From positions 128,001 through 192,000 of the forward strand of contig CAVUVW010000019.1 in NCBI GenBank assembly GCA_963745035.1: a stretch of DNA of 64,000 nt. The letters are read 5' to 3'. Under the pieces are notes generated by a model. The model had not been told where the DNA came from and searched no databases. It saw only the letters and a list, made by a program, of their open reading frames with translations. Of the stretch, positions 31,418-40,698 are shown piece after piece (position 1 is the stretch's first letter; every line of letters starts with the position of its first letter). The translations under genes and the position numbers were made by a program. Origin of the DNA: an uncultured delta proteobacterium (GTDB taxonomy: Bacteria > Desulfobacterota > Binatia > UBA9968).

Positions 31418-32446
31418 TCAAGCCTGCGCTTCCTCTCTATACAAGCCGAACGCTTTTAGGATCGGTTCGTCGTGCATCGAGAAGAGGATTGCTTCTTCCG
31501 TCGAAGATGCGTTCGCGTGCTCGTGCCAGGACCAGAGTGGCACGATGAACGTGTCGCCTTTTTCCCAATGAAATGTTTCACCATTGATGACGGTCGTGCC
31601 GCTGCCGCGGAACGCGTGGTAGATGCTCGTGCTCGTGTGGCGGTGCGATTGGGTATGTTCTTCCGGGCGGAGCATCTGGACGCGGCAAGACATCGTCGGC
31701 AGGGTCGGGCCGCCGGTGGCGGGATTGACGAATTCCAGAGCAGCACCATCGTGGACATTGCCGGGCGTGCGCGCTAAACGCTGCAGCGATGGGTAAGTGT
31801 CCCGCCAATGGTAATGGAGCAACGGCGTTGTCGGCATGTCGTTGCCGATCGGCCGCGTCGTGCCGTGGAAGGTTGCCGGATCGACGGTTTCTTTGACGGG
31901 CAAGCGGCCGGGCTTATAGGGATCGAAGGAAATTTGTTGCAGCGCTTGAACGAAAGGAACGTCGAGACCGTCGATCCAGACCATGTTTTCATCGCCTTCG
32001 TGCGCGTGCTCGTGCCAGCAGCCCTGCGGCGTAAGAATTAAGTCACCGTCCTCCATGACCATCTTCTGTCCATCGACGTTGGTGTAGGCGCCGTGCCCCT
32101 GAAGTATGAAGCGAAACGCGGCCATGGTGTGGCGATGCGCGGGCGCGACCTCGCCCGGTTGGATCAATTGAAAGGACAGCAGGATCGTGTGGCTCGTCAT
32201 CTCGCTTTCGGCCATGCCGGGATTCACTAGACGAATGACGCGCCGCTCGACGCTGCCGCTGGCGACGGAAATTTTTTCTTTGGCCTGAACCAGGCTGTCG
32301 TAGATGTCGTGCCACTTCCAGAGATGCGGCTTGACCTTCGTCTTGGGATCGGAGGGCCGCTCGGCGTGATCCACGTTCCACAAGCCGGAAACCCAACGCG
32401 GGCGGAGCAGATTGTTCAGCTCTTGGATCTCTTTGGAAAGTTCCAT
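31418..32446 (-). CDS. gentisate 1,2-dioxygenase-family bicupin ring-cleavage dioxygenase
   Basis: ERRVIRLVNPG, AHRHTMAAFRF, WHEH, HRHTS...GSG, VPLWSWHEH. Start MELSK with GGAGG SD; the ORF-track N-terminal extension is repeat-derived. Confidence 0.88.
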   Translation of the reverse strand: MELSKEIQELNNLLRPRWVSGLWNVDHAERPSDPKTKVKPHLWKWHDIYDSLVQAKEKISVASGSVERRVIRLVNPGMAESEMTSHTILLSFQLIQPGEVAPAHRHTMAAFRFILQGHGAYTNVDGQKMVMEDGDLILTPQGCWHEHAHEGDENMVWIDGLDVPFVQALQQISFDPYKPGRLPVKETVDPATFHGTTRPIGNDMPTTPLLHYHWRDTYPSLQRLARTPGNVHDGAALEFVNPATGGPTLPTMSCRVQMLRPEEHTQSHRHTSTSIYHAFRGSGTTVINGETFHWEKGDTFIVPLWSWHEHANASSTEEAILFSMHDEPILKAFGLYREEAQA

Positions 32447-32469
32447 CAAACCTCCGAAGTATCTAAAAA

Positions 32470-32574
32470 CGTTCAAACCGTTCAACCGCTTCGCTCCGTT
32501 CAAGCCGTTCAAAACGTCCGAACCGAGCTGATCCGAGCGTTCTCAGATGGCTTGAACGATTTGAACGCGTTCAA
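32470..32574. repeat. GTTCAA/TTGAAC tandem-inverted repeat element
   Basis: cgttcaaac-cgttcaac...cgttcaagc-cgttcaaaa followed by ttgaacgat-ttgaacg; same family at 40541, 43233, 47738 and 51498. Confidence 0.75.
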
Positions 32575-33315
32575 TCCGCCGGATAGCGGCGATAGACTCC
32601 ATCGTAAAAATTGCCGATCATCTGTACGGCGATCTTACCGCAGTATTCGAGCGGCCAGCCGGCGCGTTCGTTGCCGTATCCTTCCTGCAGGGCGACTTCC
32701 AGAATCGCTTGATTCGTGCCGCCGTGTTCTTCGTCGAGGTCGGCTTCCTCGTGAATGCGAAAGTACTTCATATCTTCCTTTTTGACGCCGTACTTCGGGA
32801 GGCTCTGCTGGAAGTCGCGCGAGATGAAGCCGAAAATCTCTTCCTCCATGTGCACGGCGAAACATTCGGCGAGCGGAATATCGATCCAGGAGCGTACAAA
32901 AAAATCGACGAGTCCGCGGGCTTCGGGAATCAGCTCGCACTCGATCATTTCTTCAGCCGATACTCCCAAGGGCTTGCCCAAGATGGGCAGCATGCGCGCA
33001 TGGCCGCCGATTGCCGGGCGTGGTGAATTCTTCGCCGATTTTTTGCGCGATGCGATTTTCCAATTCAGGATGTCTTTTGAAGAAACCTACGAATTGATGA
33101 TAGGCGGTCGCCATGCCGGTGTTGACCTCGAGGGCGAACGAGTACCAGTTTTTGATCCAACCCTGAAGGCGTGGGCGTGACAGCGTTCCAGCCCGAAGGT
33201 CGGTGAAGAAAGGCGAGGGTTGAACTTCGCGATGATAAGTATCGAGGATGACTTTTCGAATCGCTTCAGCCTTTTGCTTTGCTTCCTGCGCTGTCATTTT
33301 GATATGTTCGGCCAC
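32571..33315 (-). CDS. heme-oxygenase-like diiron (TenA/PqqC/CADD-like) redox protein (one +1 frameshift near 33015)
   Basis: Joined ORFs give PSPFF..L..G.L, EEFTTPAIGGH, HMEEE and YFRIHEEADLDEEH, matching the E/H/E/H/D/H ligand pattern of CADD-like proteins. Confidence 0.75.
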
Positions 33316-33369
33316 AGAAAATTCCTTTCTAACGATGCTTGGGTTCCTACGATTTGTAGCCGAAGGCTT

Positions 33370-33388
33370 CGCGCAATGTCAATGCGCG
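33370..33388 (-). promoter_or_regulatory. palindrome surrounding a perfect -35 box in the divergent spacer
   Basis: CGCGCA-atgtcaa-TGCGCG; the minus strand reads TTGACA at 33382-33377, pointing to the HDO gene. Confidence 0.35.
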
Positions 33389-33489
33389 TCTTCGTGAGTA
33401 ATTGCGTGACCGCGATGACTCTATCCGCGTCCAGTCAGGCAAGCGCCCGGATTCCAGCGTAAATCAGGCGAGAACAAGGTTCTGTGTTC

Positions 33490-35781
33490 ATGGCATCAAA
33501 AATCGAAAATCCAAAATCTAGAATCCTGCCGGTTCCACGCATCGATTTGCGTGACAAAGTTACCGGCCAGGCGCAGTACGTCGAAGACTTGCCCGACCTG
33601 CCGAATACCGCCTACGGCGCGCCTATTCTGAGCCCGTACTCGCATGCACGAATTGTGCGAATCGATTCGACCGAAGCGTTGAAACTTCCCGGGGTGCTGG
33701 GGATCGTCGATCGTGACCACCTCGATGGCGTCAATCCCAGGCTGAAGCTTGCGCCGCACGAGCATCTTAGGATCGTCGACGATCAGGATGTCGTTGCCAT
33801 CGACAAGGTCCGGTTCGACGGCGATCTTGTCGCCTTGATCGTCGCCGACGATTTACGCACTGCCGAGCGGGCGCGAGAGAAAGTTAGAGTCGAGTACGAG
33901 CCGCTTCCATCGATCTTCGATGCGGTCGAAGCGCTCGCGCCTGGCGCGCCGATCCTGCACGAAGAACGCGGCAGCAATCTATTACTGGAAGACAGCCTGG
34001 TGTGGGGAGATATCGACGAAGGCTTTCGCCAGGCGGAGCGCGTTTTTGAAGAAACCTACTCTTCGCCGTCGATGTTTCATCACCCTATGGAACCGATCGG
34101 CGGCTGCCTGGTGCATTACACCAACGGCGAAGTGAATGTTTGGCTCCCAACCAGCTCGCCCATGCGCGACGCAGCCGAGTTCGCGCACTTTCTCGGTATC
34201 GAGATGGACAAGGTTCGCCTCCGCGTCCCCTACGTCGGCGGCGGTTTCGGCTCGAAGATCCCCACGACAGCGCACTTTGCCGCGCTCGTAGCATCACGAA
34301 GAACGGGGCGGCCGGTCCGAATAATCCCTTCGGCCGATTACAGCTTCCGGCAGAACTCGCGCCACGCGGAGGTTTTCAAAGCCAAAGTCGGCGTCAAAGG
34401 CGATGGAACGATCACCGCTCTGGACGTCGATCTCATCGTCGATACCGGGGCCTACACCACCGGCGGCGCTACTGCTGCGCACAATTCGGTTATTTCCGCG
34501 TGGGGCTGTTATCGCATTCCTCACCTGCGCATCAAGGGCCGCTGCGTTTACACCAACAAAGTTCCCGCCGGTCACACCCGCGCAACCGGCAAGATACAAA
34601 CGACCTGGGGCATCGAGTGCACGATGGATAGCGTCGCGCGCCAGATGGGTATCGATCCGTACGAGTTTCGCAAGAAGAATGCGCTTATGCGCGGCGATTT
34701 CGTCTGCAAAGGCACGCCGCGAATGGATACGGACTATCTCGATCTCATGACGGAAGCGATCGCGGGAATCGGTTGGGACGGCAAATCGAATTTGACGCCG
34801 GCTCGTGAGAGCGGCGACTCACCTTGGGCGCGCGGCCGCGGTATGGCGCTGAGTTTGCGGCACGGATCCCAGGGCGGCGGGCGGGCGTACGCGCTTGTGA
34901 CCATGGATGCGCGCGGCGTCCTGACGGTTCAGCACAACGCGCCGGAGATCGGCCAGGGCACGCACAATCTGTTCAGTGTGGTCGCGGCGCAGACCTTGGG
35001 CATCTCACAGGAACAGATTCGCGTACGCACCCCGGACACGGCGGTGAGCTTACCATTTGCCGGCGTCAGTGCGCAGCGAACCACCATGCAGATGGGCAAC
35101 GCGGTGCACAACGCCTGCAACAAGCTCAAGCAAGAGCTTTTTTCTTTGGCCGCTCAGGCCAAGGGCGGCAAGCCTGAAGAGTGGCAAATGATCGAGGGGC
35201 GGCTTTGCTGGGGCGAGGCGAGCTTTCCGATCAGCGAAATTATTCGCCTGGCGGGTGGTGGGGTGGTCTTGAAAGCGGTGGGGTATCACAGCGTGCCACC
35301 GATGGTAAAGGATTCGGCGTTTGCCGGCATGGATCACTGGGCACCGAGCGGGGCCGCCATCGATCTCGAAGTGAATCGCGATACCGGCGAGCTGCGCATT
35401 CTTGGCTACGCGGTCATCGCGGATGCCGGGAAAGCGATCCACTATCCTTCGGCGAAATCACAGGTGGAAGGCGGCGCTGTGATGGGCTTCGGCCATGCGC
35501 TGTTCGAGGAGACGGTTTACCAAGATGGGCAATTTCAGAACGGCGACCCGTTTCAATACCGCCTGCCGATCATGAAGGACATCCCTGCGGATTTTTACTC
35601 TTCGATGCTCGAGAAGGGTGATGGACCGGGACCTTTCGGATCGAAGGGTATGGCGCAAACTTCTATCGTCACCGTGGCGCCGGCCATCGGCAACGCCGTC
35701 TACGATGCGCTCGGCGTGCGGGTCAGGTCCCTGCCGATCACGCCGGAAAAAATTCTCCGGGCGATGGGAAGAATAGTCTAG
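33490..35781 (+). CDS. xanthine dehydrogenase family molybdopterin-binding (large) subunit
   Basis: KVTGQAQYVED, HPMEP, YVGGGFGSK, EIGQGT, QVEGGAVMGFG, GPFGSKG, LPITPEKIL. Confidence 0.93.
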   Translation: MASKIENPKSRILPVPRIDLRDKVTGQAQYVEDLPDLPNTAYGAPILSPYSHARIVRIDSTEALKLPGVLGIVDRDHLDGVNPRLKLAPHEHLRIVDDQDVVAIDKVRFDGDLVALIVADDLRTAERAREKVRVEYEPLPSIFDAVEALAPGAPILHEERGSNLLLEDSLVWGDIDEGFRQAERVFEETYSSPSMFHHPMEPIGGCLVHYTNGEVNVWLPTSSPMRDAAEFAHFLGIEMDKVRLRVPYVGGGFGSKIPTTAHFAALVASRRTGRPVRIIPSADYSFRQNSRHAEVFKAKVGVKGDGTITALDVDLIVDTGAYTTGGATAAHNSVISAWGCYRIPHLRIKGRCVYTNKVPAGHTRATGKIQTTWGIECTMDSVARQMGIDPYEFRKKNALMRGDFVCKGTPRMDTDYLDLMTEAIAGIGWDGKSNLTPARESGDSPWARGRGMALSLRHGSQGGGRAYALVTMDARGVLTVQHNAPEIGQGTHNLFSVVAAQTLGISQEQIRVRTPDTAVSLPFAGVSAQRTTMQMGNAVHNACNKLKQELFSLAAQAKGGKPEEWQMIEGRLCWGEASFPISEIIRLAGGGVVLKAVGYHSVPPMVKDSAFAGMDHWAPSGAAIDLEVNRDTGELRILGYAVIADAGKAIHYPSAKSQVEGGAVMGFGHALFEETVYQDGQFQNGDPFQYRLPIMKDIPADFYSSMLEKGDGPGPFGSKGMAQTSIVTVAPAIGNAVYDALGVRVRSLPITPEKILRAMGRIV

Positions 35782-35828
35782 AGTTTCGCATCTCGGGTCT
35801 CGAGTTTCCGACCAAGATCACCCTGCGC

Positions 35829-36699
35829 ATGCTAAGCAAACTAAAACTTGTTCAGCCGACCACGGTTGCGGAAGCTTCCGGCGCTCTTGAGGATTACGGT
35901 GATAAGGCGAAGCTCTACGCCGGTGGCGCGGAGTTGTTGCTGCTTCTGCGCAATGGCTTGTTGGAGACGGAGCTCCTGGTCGACGTAAAGAAGATCGAGC
36001 GGCTGCATCGCATTTCGTTAGATGACAGCGTGCTCCGAATCGGCGCCTGCGTTACCCATCGCGCCCTGGAAAACAACGCCCTCGCGCGAGAGCACGCCCC
36101 GGCCTTTGCGTATGCCGAATCGCAGGTCGCGAACATCCGCGTGCGTAATCAAGGCACGCTTGGCGGCAATCTGGCTTTCAACGATCCGCATTCCGATCCA
36201 GGCACCGCTCTGCTAATTCACGATGCCGCAGTAATCATCGGAAACAGAGCGGGCGAGCGGCGCGTCGGCGCTCGATAAATTTTTTGTGGATATGTACGCG
36301 ACGGTTCTTGAACCCAGTGAGTTATTGCTGGAAGTGGAGGTGCCGGCGCTGCCGGAAGGAATGCGGAGCGCTTATCTACGTCTCCACCGCTATCAGCGTC
36401 CCACGCTCGGCGTTGCCGTTGCCATGCGTATGACCGCTGAGACGATCGAGGACGTCCGCTTGGCGGTAGGGTGTGTGGGACCGAAAGCCGAACGTTTGAG
36501 CGAACTGGAGTCAAAAATCAGGGGAACAGAGCTAAACGAAGCGAAGCGAATGCTGACCGATGGGAAGAAGTATTTACGCGGGTTGCTCCGACCGGTGGAC
36601 GACCTACTCGGAAGCGCGGATTATAAACTGTACATGACCGGTGTCATGCTGAGCGACGCTTTGGAGCAAGCGGTTCGAAGCAACGGTGCAGCGCGGTAA
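35829..36699 (+). CDS. xanthine dehydrogenase family FAD-binding (CoxM-like) subunit (one +1 frameshift near 36270)
   Basis: YAGGAEL, RVRNQGTLGGN, DPHSD; continues as ALDKFFVDMYATVL after removing 1 nt. Confidence 0.85.
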
Positions 36700-36816
36700 G
36701 CAGTTTTTACGATCATTTACGGAGGACTCCGTAGTCTTATCCGTTCCTTCAACCTTCCCCCTTGACGGGGAAGGAAAAGTAAAAGCGGCTGAACTTGAAT
36801 CGAGAGAAGCTGCAGT

Positions 36817-37299
36817 ATGGAAGCGCAAAGCAAATTCAATCTAGCTCTAACGATCAACGGCAACTCCTGGTCGGGTGAGGTGCCCATCGAGGAGACGCTG
36901 CTCGAATTACTGCGCAACCGTTTGCGGCTCACCGGGACGAAGCGCTCCTGTGAGTCCGAAGTTTGCGGCGCCTGCACGGTGTTGGTCGAAGGCCGTCCGG
37001 TAAGTGCCTGCAGCTATCTAGCTTTCGAGGCGCATGAAAAATCGGTTCTTACGATTGAAGGCGTCGCGCAAAATGATCGATTGGATCCCCTACAAGAAGC
37101 TTTCATCCGCAATATCGGCGCGCAGTGCGGTTACTGCACGCCGGGGCAAATCATGGCGGCCAAGGCGCTGTTGATTGAAAACCCTCATCCCACCCGCGAA
37201 CAGATTGCCGAATGGCTCAGCGGCAATATTTGCCGCTGCGGCGCCTACGGTGCCATCGCGCAATCCATTCTCGAAGCCGCTGAAGAATATCAAAAGTGA
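36817..37299 (+). CDS. xanthine dehydrogenase family [2Fe-2S] (CoxS-like) subunit
   Basis: SCESEVCGACTV...SAC, QCGYCTPG, NICRCG. Confidence 0.93.
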   Translation: MEAQSKFNLALTINGNSWSGEVPIEETLLELLRNRLRLTGTKRSCESEVCGACTVLVEGRPVSACSYLAFEAHEKSVLTIEGVAQNDRLDPLQEAFIRNIGAQCGYCTPGQIMAAKALLIENPHPTREQIAEWLSGNICRCGAYGAIAQSILEAAEEYQK

Positions 37300-38289
37300 A
37301 AGGTTCCGCTCCTCGATGAAACAACTAATTTCTGCATTCTCTCCTTGCTGATCGGCTTGCTCGCCGTCGCGCCCGGAATCCTCGCCTGCCGCCGATAAGA
37401 TCCGCATTTCGGTCACTAACTTCAACATGAGCTTCCTGCCATCGGGATTGGCGGTCAAGCGAGGATTCTTCAGGGACGAAGGCATCGAGGCGGAAATCAT
37501 CCGGATGAACGCCAACGTCGCGATCAACGCGTTGGCGAGCGGCGACACCGGACTACACGATGATCTTCGGCTCGGTGGTGCGCGCGGCGATTCGCGGTTT
37601 GCCCATGAAGGTTGTCGCGAGCTTGATCGATGGGTCGACCCACGCGCTGATCACCCGGCCGGAGTTCAAAACGGCCAAGGATTTAAAAGGCAAGACCCTG
37701 GGCATTCAAGCGTACGGTGCCACGGACCAAGTCGCGGCGATCATGATGCTCAAGCATCTCGGCGTCGACGCCGAGAAGGAAATCAAGTTTGTCGCATTGG
37801 GACCGGCTGCGGGCCGTCTGGCTGCTCTCAAGGAAGGTGTGGTGGAAGTCGCGGTGATCTCGCCGCCGGGGGATGAGGAAGGGCGTAAGATGGGCTTCAA
37901 CATATTGGCGCGAGCCTACGAGCTGTTCAGCTTTCCATTCGTGGGACTGGGTACGAGCACGCGTAAAATCAAAGAACGCCCCGACGAGGTTAAACGGACC
38001 ATCAAGGCGTTGATCAAGGCGAATCGGTTCATCCGTCAGAACCGCGAAGGCACGATCCAAACCCTGGCTGAGTGGGGACGGACAACGCCGGCGCTGGCCG
38101 CGGCGGCATACGATTCGGCATTCAAGGTTTACAATCTCGATGGCAGCATTCCCGATGAAGGTCTGCTCGCAGTCATCGAACAGGCGGTCAAGGAATCCAA
38201 GCCGACGCGACCAATCGGACCAAGCGACGTCGCGGATATCGACGGCGCTCCGAGAGGCGCAGAGGGAACTAGGGATCAAAGGGAGATGA
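37296..38289 (+). CDS. NitT/TauT-type SBP (several +1 frameshifts; start approximate)
   Basis: Pieces 'ADKIRISVTNFNMSFL..KRGFFRDEGI', 'DYTMIFGSVVRAAIRG' and 'ALREAQRELGIK' lie in three frames; close paralog of 44550..45506. Confidence 0.75.
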
Positions 38290-38364
38290 TGAGCTCGGAT
38301 GCATATTTTCATGGGACTGCGGGGATTGCCACCGTCGAAATGATGAAAGACATCAAGCAGCATT

Positions 38365-38451
38365 CGTCACGCCGGCGCACGCCGGCGTCCAGACACCCAA
38401 CGCAAGGACAAAATCACAGCAAACTGGATTCCGGCGTCCGCCGGAATGACG
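38365..38451. repeat. REP-like palindrome, CGTCA(T/C)...ATGACG family (copy 2)
   Basis: cgtcacgccggcgcacgccggcgtccag ... ctggattccggcgtccgccggaatgacg. Confidence 0.7.
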
Positions 38452-38471
38452 CGCGGAGGAATTCGGCTTCG

Positions 38472-39430
38472 GTGCTTATCCTAATCGTCGTATTTTCGGT
38501 GACGCTCTCATGGCGCGAACTTCGCTCACGCCCAGGTCGTTGGAAAAAGTCCGGATTGGCATGCCGAGCCTTTCGCTCAGCTTCGTCGCGCCCCAGGTCG
38601 CTTACGCCCGCGGGTTCTTTCGCGAGGAAGGAATCGATGCGGAGATCATTCGCATCGCAACCAACATCGGCATCGTTGCGGTTACCACAAAGGAGATCGG
38701 CTACACGACTGCCGTCGGCGCCGGGCTGCGCAGCGCCGTCAGGGGGCTGCCGCTGAAAGTCGTCACGTACTTCAACGGTCGGCCGCTGCATGTGTTAGTG
38801 GCCAAGCCGGAGCTGAAAGCATTGCCTGATCTCCGGCGCAAAGTGATCGGTTTTGCCGGCTATGGCGATTCGACCGAGTTCATGCTGCGCGCCATCCTGC
38901 GGCAAGGCAACATGGATCTGGAAAAAGACGTACAGGCTTTCCAGGTTTCGGGGAGCGGCCAGCGGCTGCAGGCACTGCTCAGCGGGAAGTTGGACGCCGC
39001 GATTGTCCCGCCGCCGTTCAATTTCGAAGCGGAAAGCAAGGGCTTTGTGCGGCTGATGGCGGCGGCCGACGTTTTCGAAACCAGCGTTTCGGGTTTGGCT
39101 CTGCACAACGACACGCTCAAAGAAAAGCCGGCGCAGGTCAAACGAATGCTGCGCGCGCTCTTGAAAGCCCAGAACTTCATCAGAAGCAACAAAGCGGAAA
39201 GCGTGCGAGTGATCGCGGACTGGCTCAAGCTCGATCCCGGCATCGCTCAAGCGTCCTACGACATTTACGTCAAAGGCATGAGCCAGAACGGCATGGTGCC
39301 GGAACGAGTGCTGGAAACCGACATCGAGCGCGCGCGTAAGGAACAGAACGTCAAAGAAGCCATGCCGGTGAACAGAATCGTCGATTTCACGATGCTCAAA
39401 GAAGCGTTGAACGAATTGGGGATGAAGTAG
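38472..39430 (+). CDS. NitT/TauT-type SBP (two +1 frameshifts in the signal peptide; start uncertain)
   Basis: Reconstructed VLILIVVFSVTLSWANFAHAQ-SLEKVRIG; 'AYARGFFREEGID'; C-terminal 'IVDFTMLKEALNELG'. Confidence 0.8.
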
Positions 39431-39474
39431 GTTTCGAAGTTAGTATCGTAGGAAGATACACGGTCACAAGACTT

Positions 39475-39560
39475 CCCCCTTTGAAAAAGGGGGATCGAGG
39501 GGGATTTATTCTACCGCAGCGGCTGAAAATCTCCCCTTGCCCCTCTTTTTCAAAGAGGGG
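39475..39560. repeat. REP-like palindrome, CCCCCTTTGAAAAAGGGGG family
   Basis: ccccctttgaaaaaggggg-atcgagggggattt ... aaatctcccc-ttg-cccctctttttcaaagagggg; related hairpins at 36753 and about 58210. Confidence 0.7.
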
Positions 39561-39583
39561 TCTGAGATGAGAGGAACGGAACT

Positions 39584-40540
39584 GTGGTAAAGGCAAGAGC
39601 ATTCGTCGGCATTCTTCTACTCATCATCGGTTTTTGGAGTTCTCGGGAAGCCTTCGCCGCTGACCGTGTGCGATTCGCTTATCCGGCGAAGAGCTTGAAT
39701 TATCTGCCCATCACGATGGGACGCGACAAAGGTATCTTCCAGGCCGAGGGCATCGATCTGCAGATGGTTCTCGTCGCTTCGACGATCCAAGTTGCAGCGC
39801 TCACCACTGGCGACATCGATTTTTCCGGCGCCCAGTCCCAGGTGATGGCCGGAGCGGCGCGCGGCTTGCCGGTCAAGGTCGTCGGCTTTCTCACGATCAA
39901 GCCGTCCTTTTGGTTGATGTCGAAGCCCGAGATCAAGACGATGGCCGATCTCAAAGGTAAAATCGTCGGCATCACCGCGATCGGTTCGTCTACGGATACG
40001 CTTGCGCGATTTCTCGTGAGCAAAAACGGTCTGACGCCGGACCGCGAGGTCGCGTTCATCGGCACGGGCACGACTTCCAATATTCTCACTGCGATGAAAG
40101 CCGGAACGGTGGATGCCGGAGTGTTGTCGCCGCCGTTCAACGCCATGGCCACGCAAATGGGCTACCGCACCTTGGCTTATTTCGGAGATTACGTCGAGCA
40201 GTCACTCTCGGGGGTCGGCACTTCCGATCGAATGATCCGGGAACGGCCCGAGCTTGTGCGACGCATGCTGATCGCGACGATCAAGAGCCTGCGCTTCATC
40301 CAGCAGCGGCCGGCCGACTCGATTCAGTTTATCAGCAAAGAGTGGAGCGTGGACTCCTCCGCGGCCACCGAGCTTTACAAGTCGATGCTGCCGGCTTTTT
40401 CCAAGGACGGCGGCATGAATGAGAAAGGCATTCGCGACGCGCTGAAGCGGGAGACCGAGCGCATGGCGCTCAAAGAAGAGACGCCGCTCTCGAAAGTGAT
40501 GGATCTGCGGCTGCTGAGGGAAGTGCAACAGATTAGATAA
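39584..40540 (+). CDS. NitT/TauT-type ABC substrate-binding protein
   Basis: Signal peptide AFA-A, 'GRDKGIFQAEGID', 'DLKGKIVGIT', 'VMDLRLLREVQ'. Confidence 0.88.
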   Translation: MVKARAFVGILLLIIGFWSSREAFAADRVRFAYPAKSLNYLPITMGRDKGIFQAEGIDLQMVLVASTIQVAALTTGDIDFSGAQSQVMAGAARGLPVKVVGFLTIKPSFWLMSKPEIKTMADLKGKIVGITAIGSSTDTLARFLVSKNGLTPDREVAFIGTGTTSNILTAMKAGTVDAGVLSPPFNAMATQMGYRTLAYFGDYVEQSLSGVGTSDRMIRERPELVRRMLIATIKSLRFIQQRPADSIQFISKEWSVDSSAATELYKSMLPAFSKDGGMNEKGIRDALKRETERMALKEETPLSKVMDLRLLREVQQIR

Positions 40541-40686
40541 CGTTCAAGCGGTTCAAGTCGTTCAAAACGTTCAATCCGTTTCGGAGGTTCGGACTTTGTG
40601 ATTTGTGCATAGAATCCGAAGACGGTTTGAACGGCTTGAACGGACCCCGGACTCGATCCGGGGATTGAACGATTTGAACGTGTTCA
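40541..40686. repeat. GTTCAA/TTGAAC tandem-inverted repeat element (fullest copy)
   Basis: Four GTTCAA at 9-nt spacing, a spacer, then four TTGAAC; forms a long imperfect inverted repeat. Confidence 0.8.
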
Positions 40687-40698
40687 GAGGTTAGATCG

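Noticed and set aside
33490-37299. Aerobic CO dehydrogenase (coxLMS)
   Set aside because: Lacks the AYxCSFR (form I) and AYRGAGR (form II) loops; gene order is L-M-S and there are no cox accessory genes
40541-40686. GTTCAA arrays as a CRISPR array
   Set aside because: Units are 6-9 nt with no 25-45 nt repeats or unique spacers, and there are no cas genes
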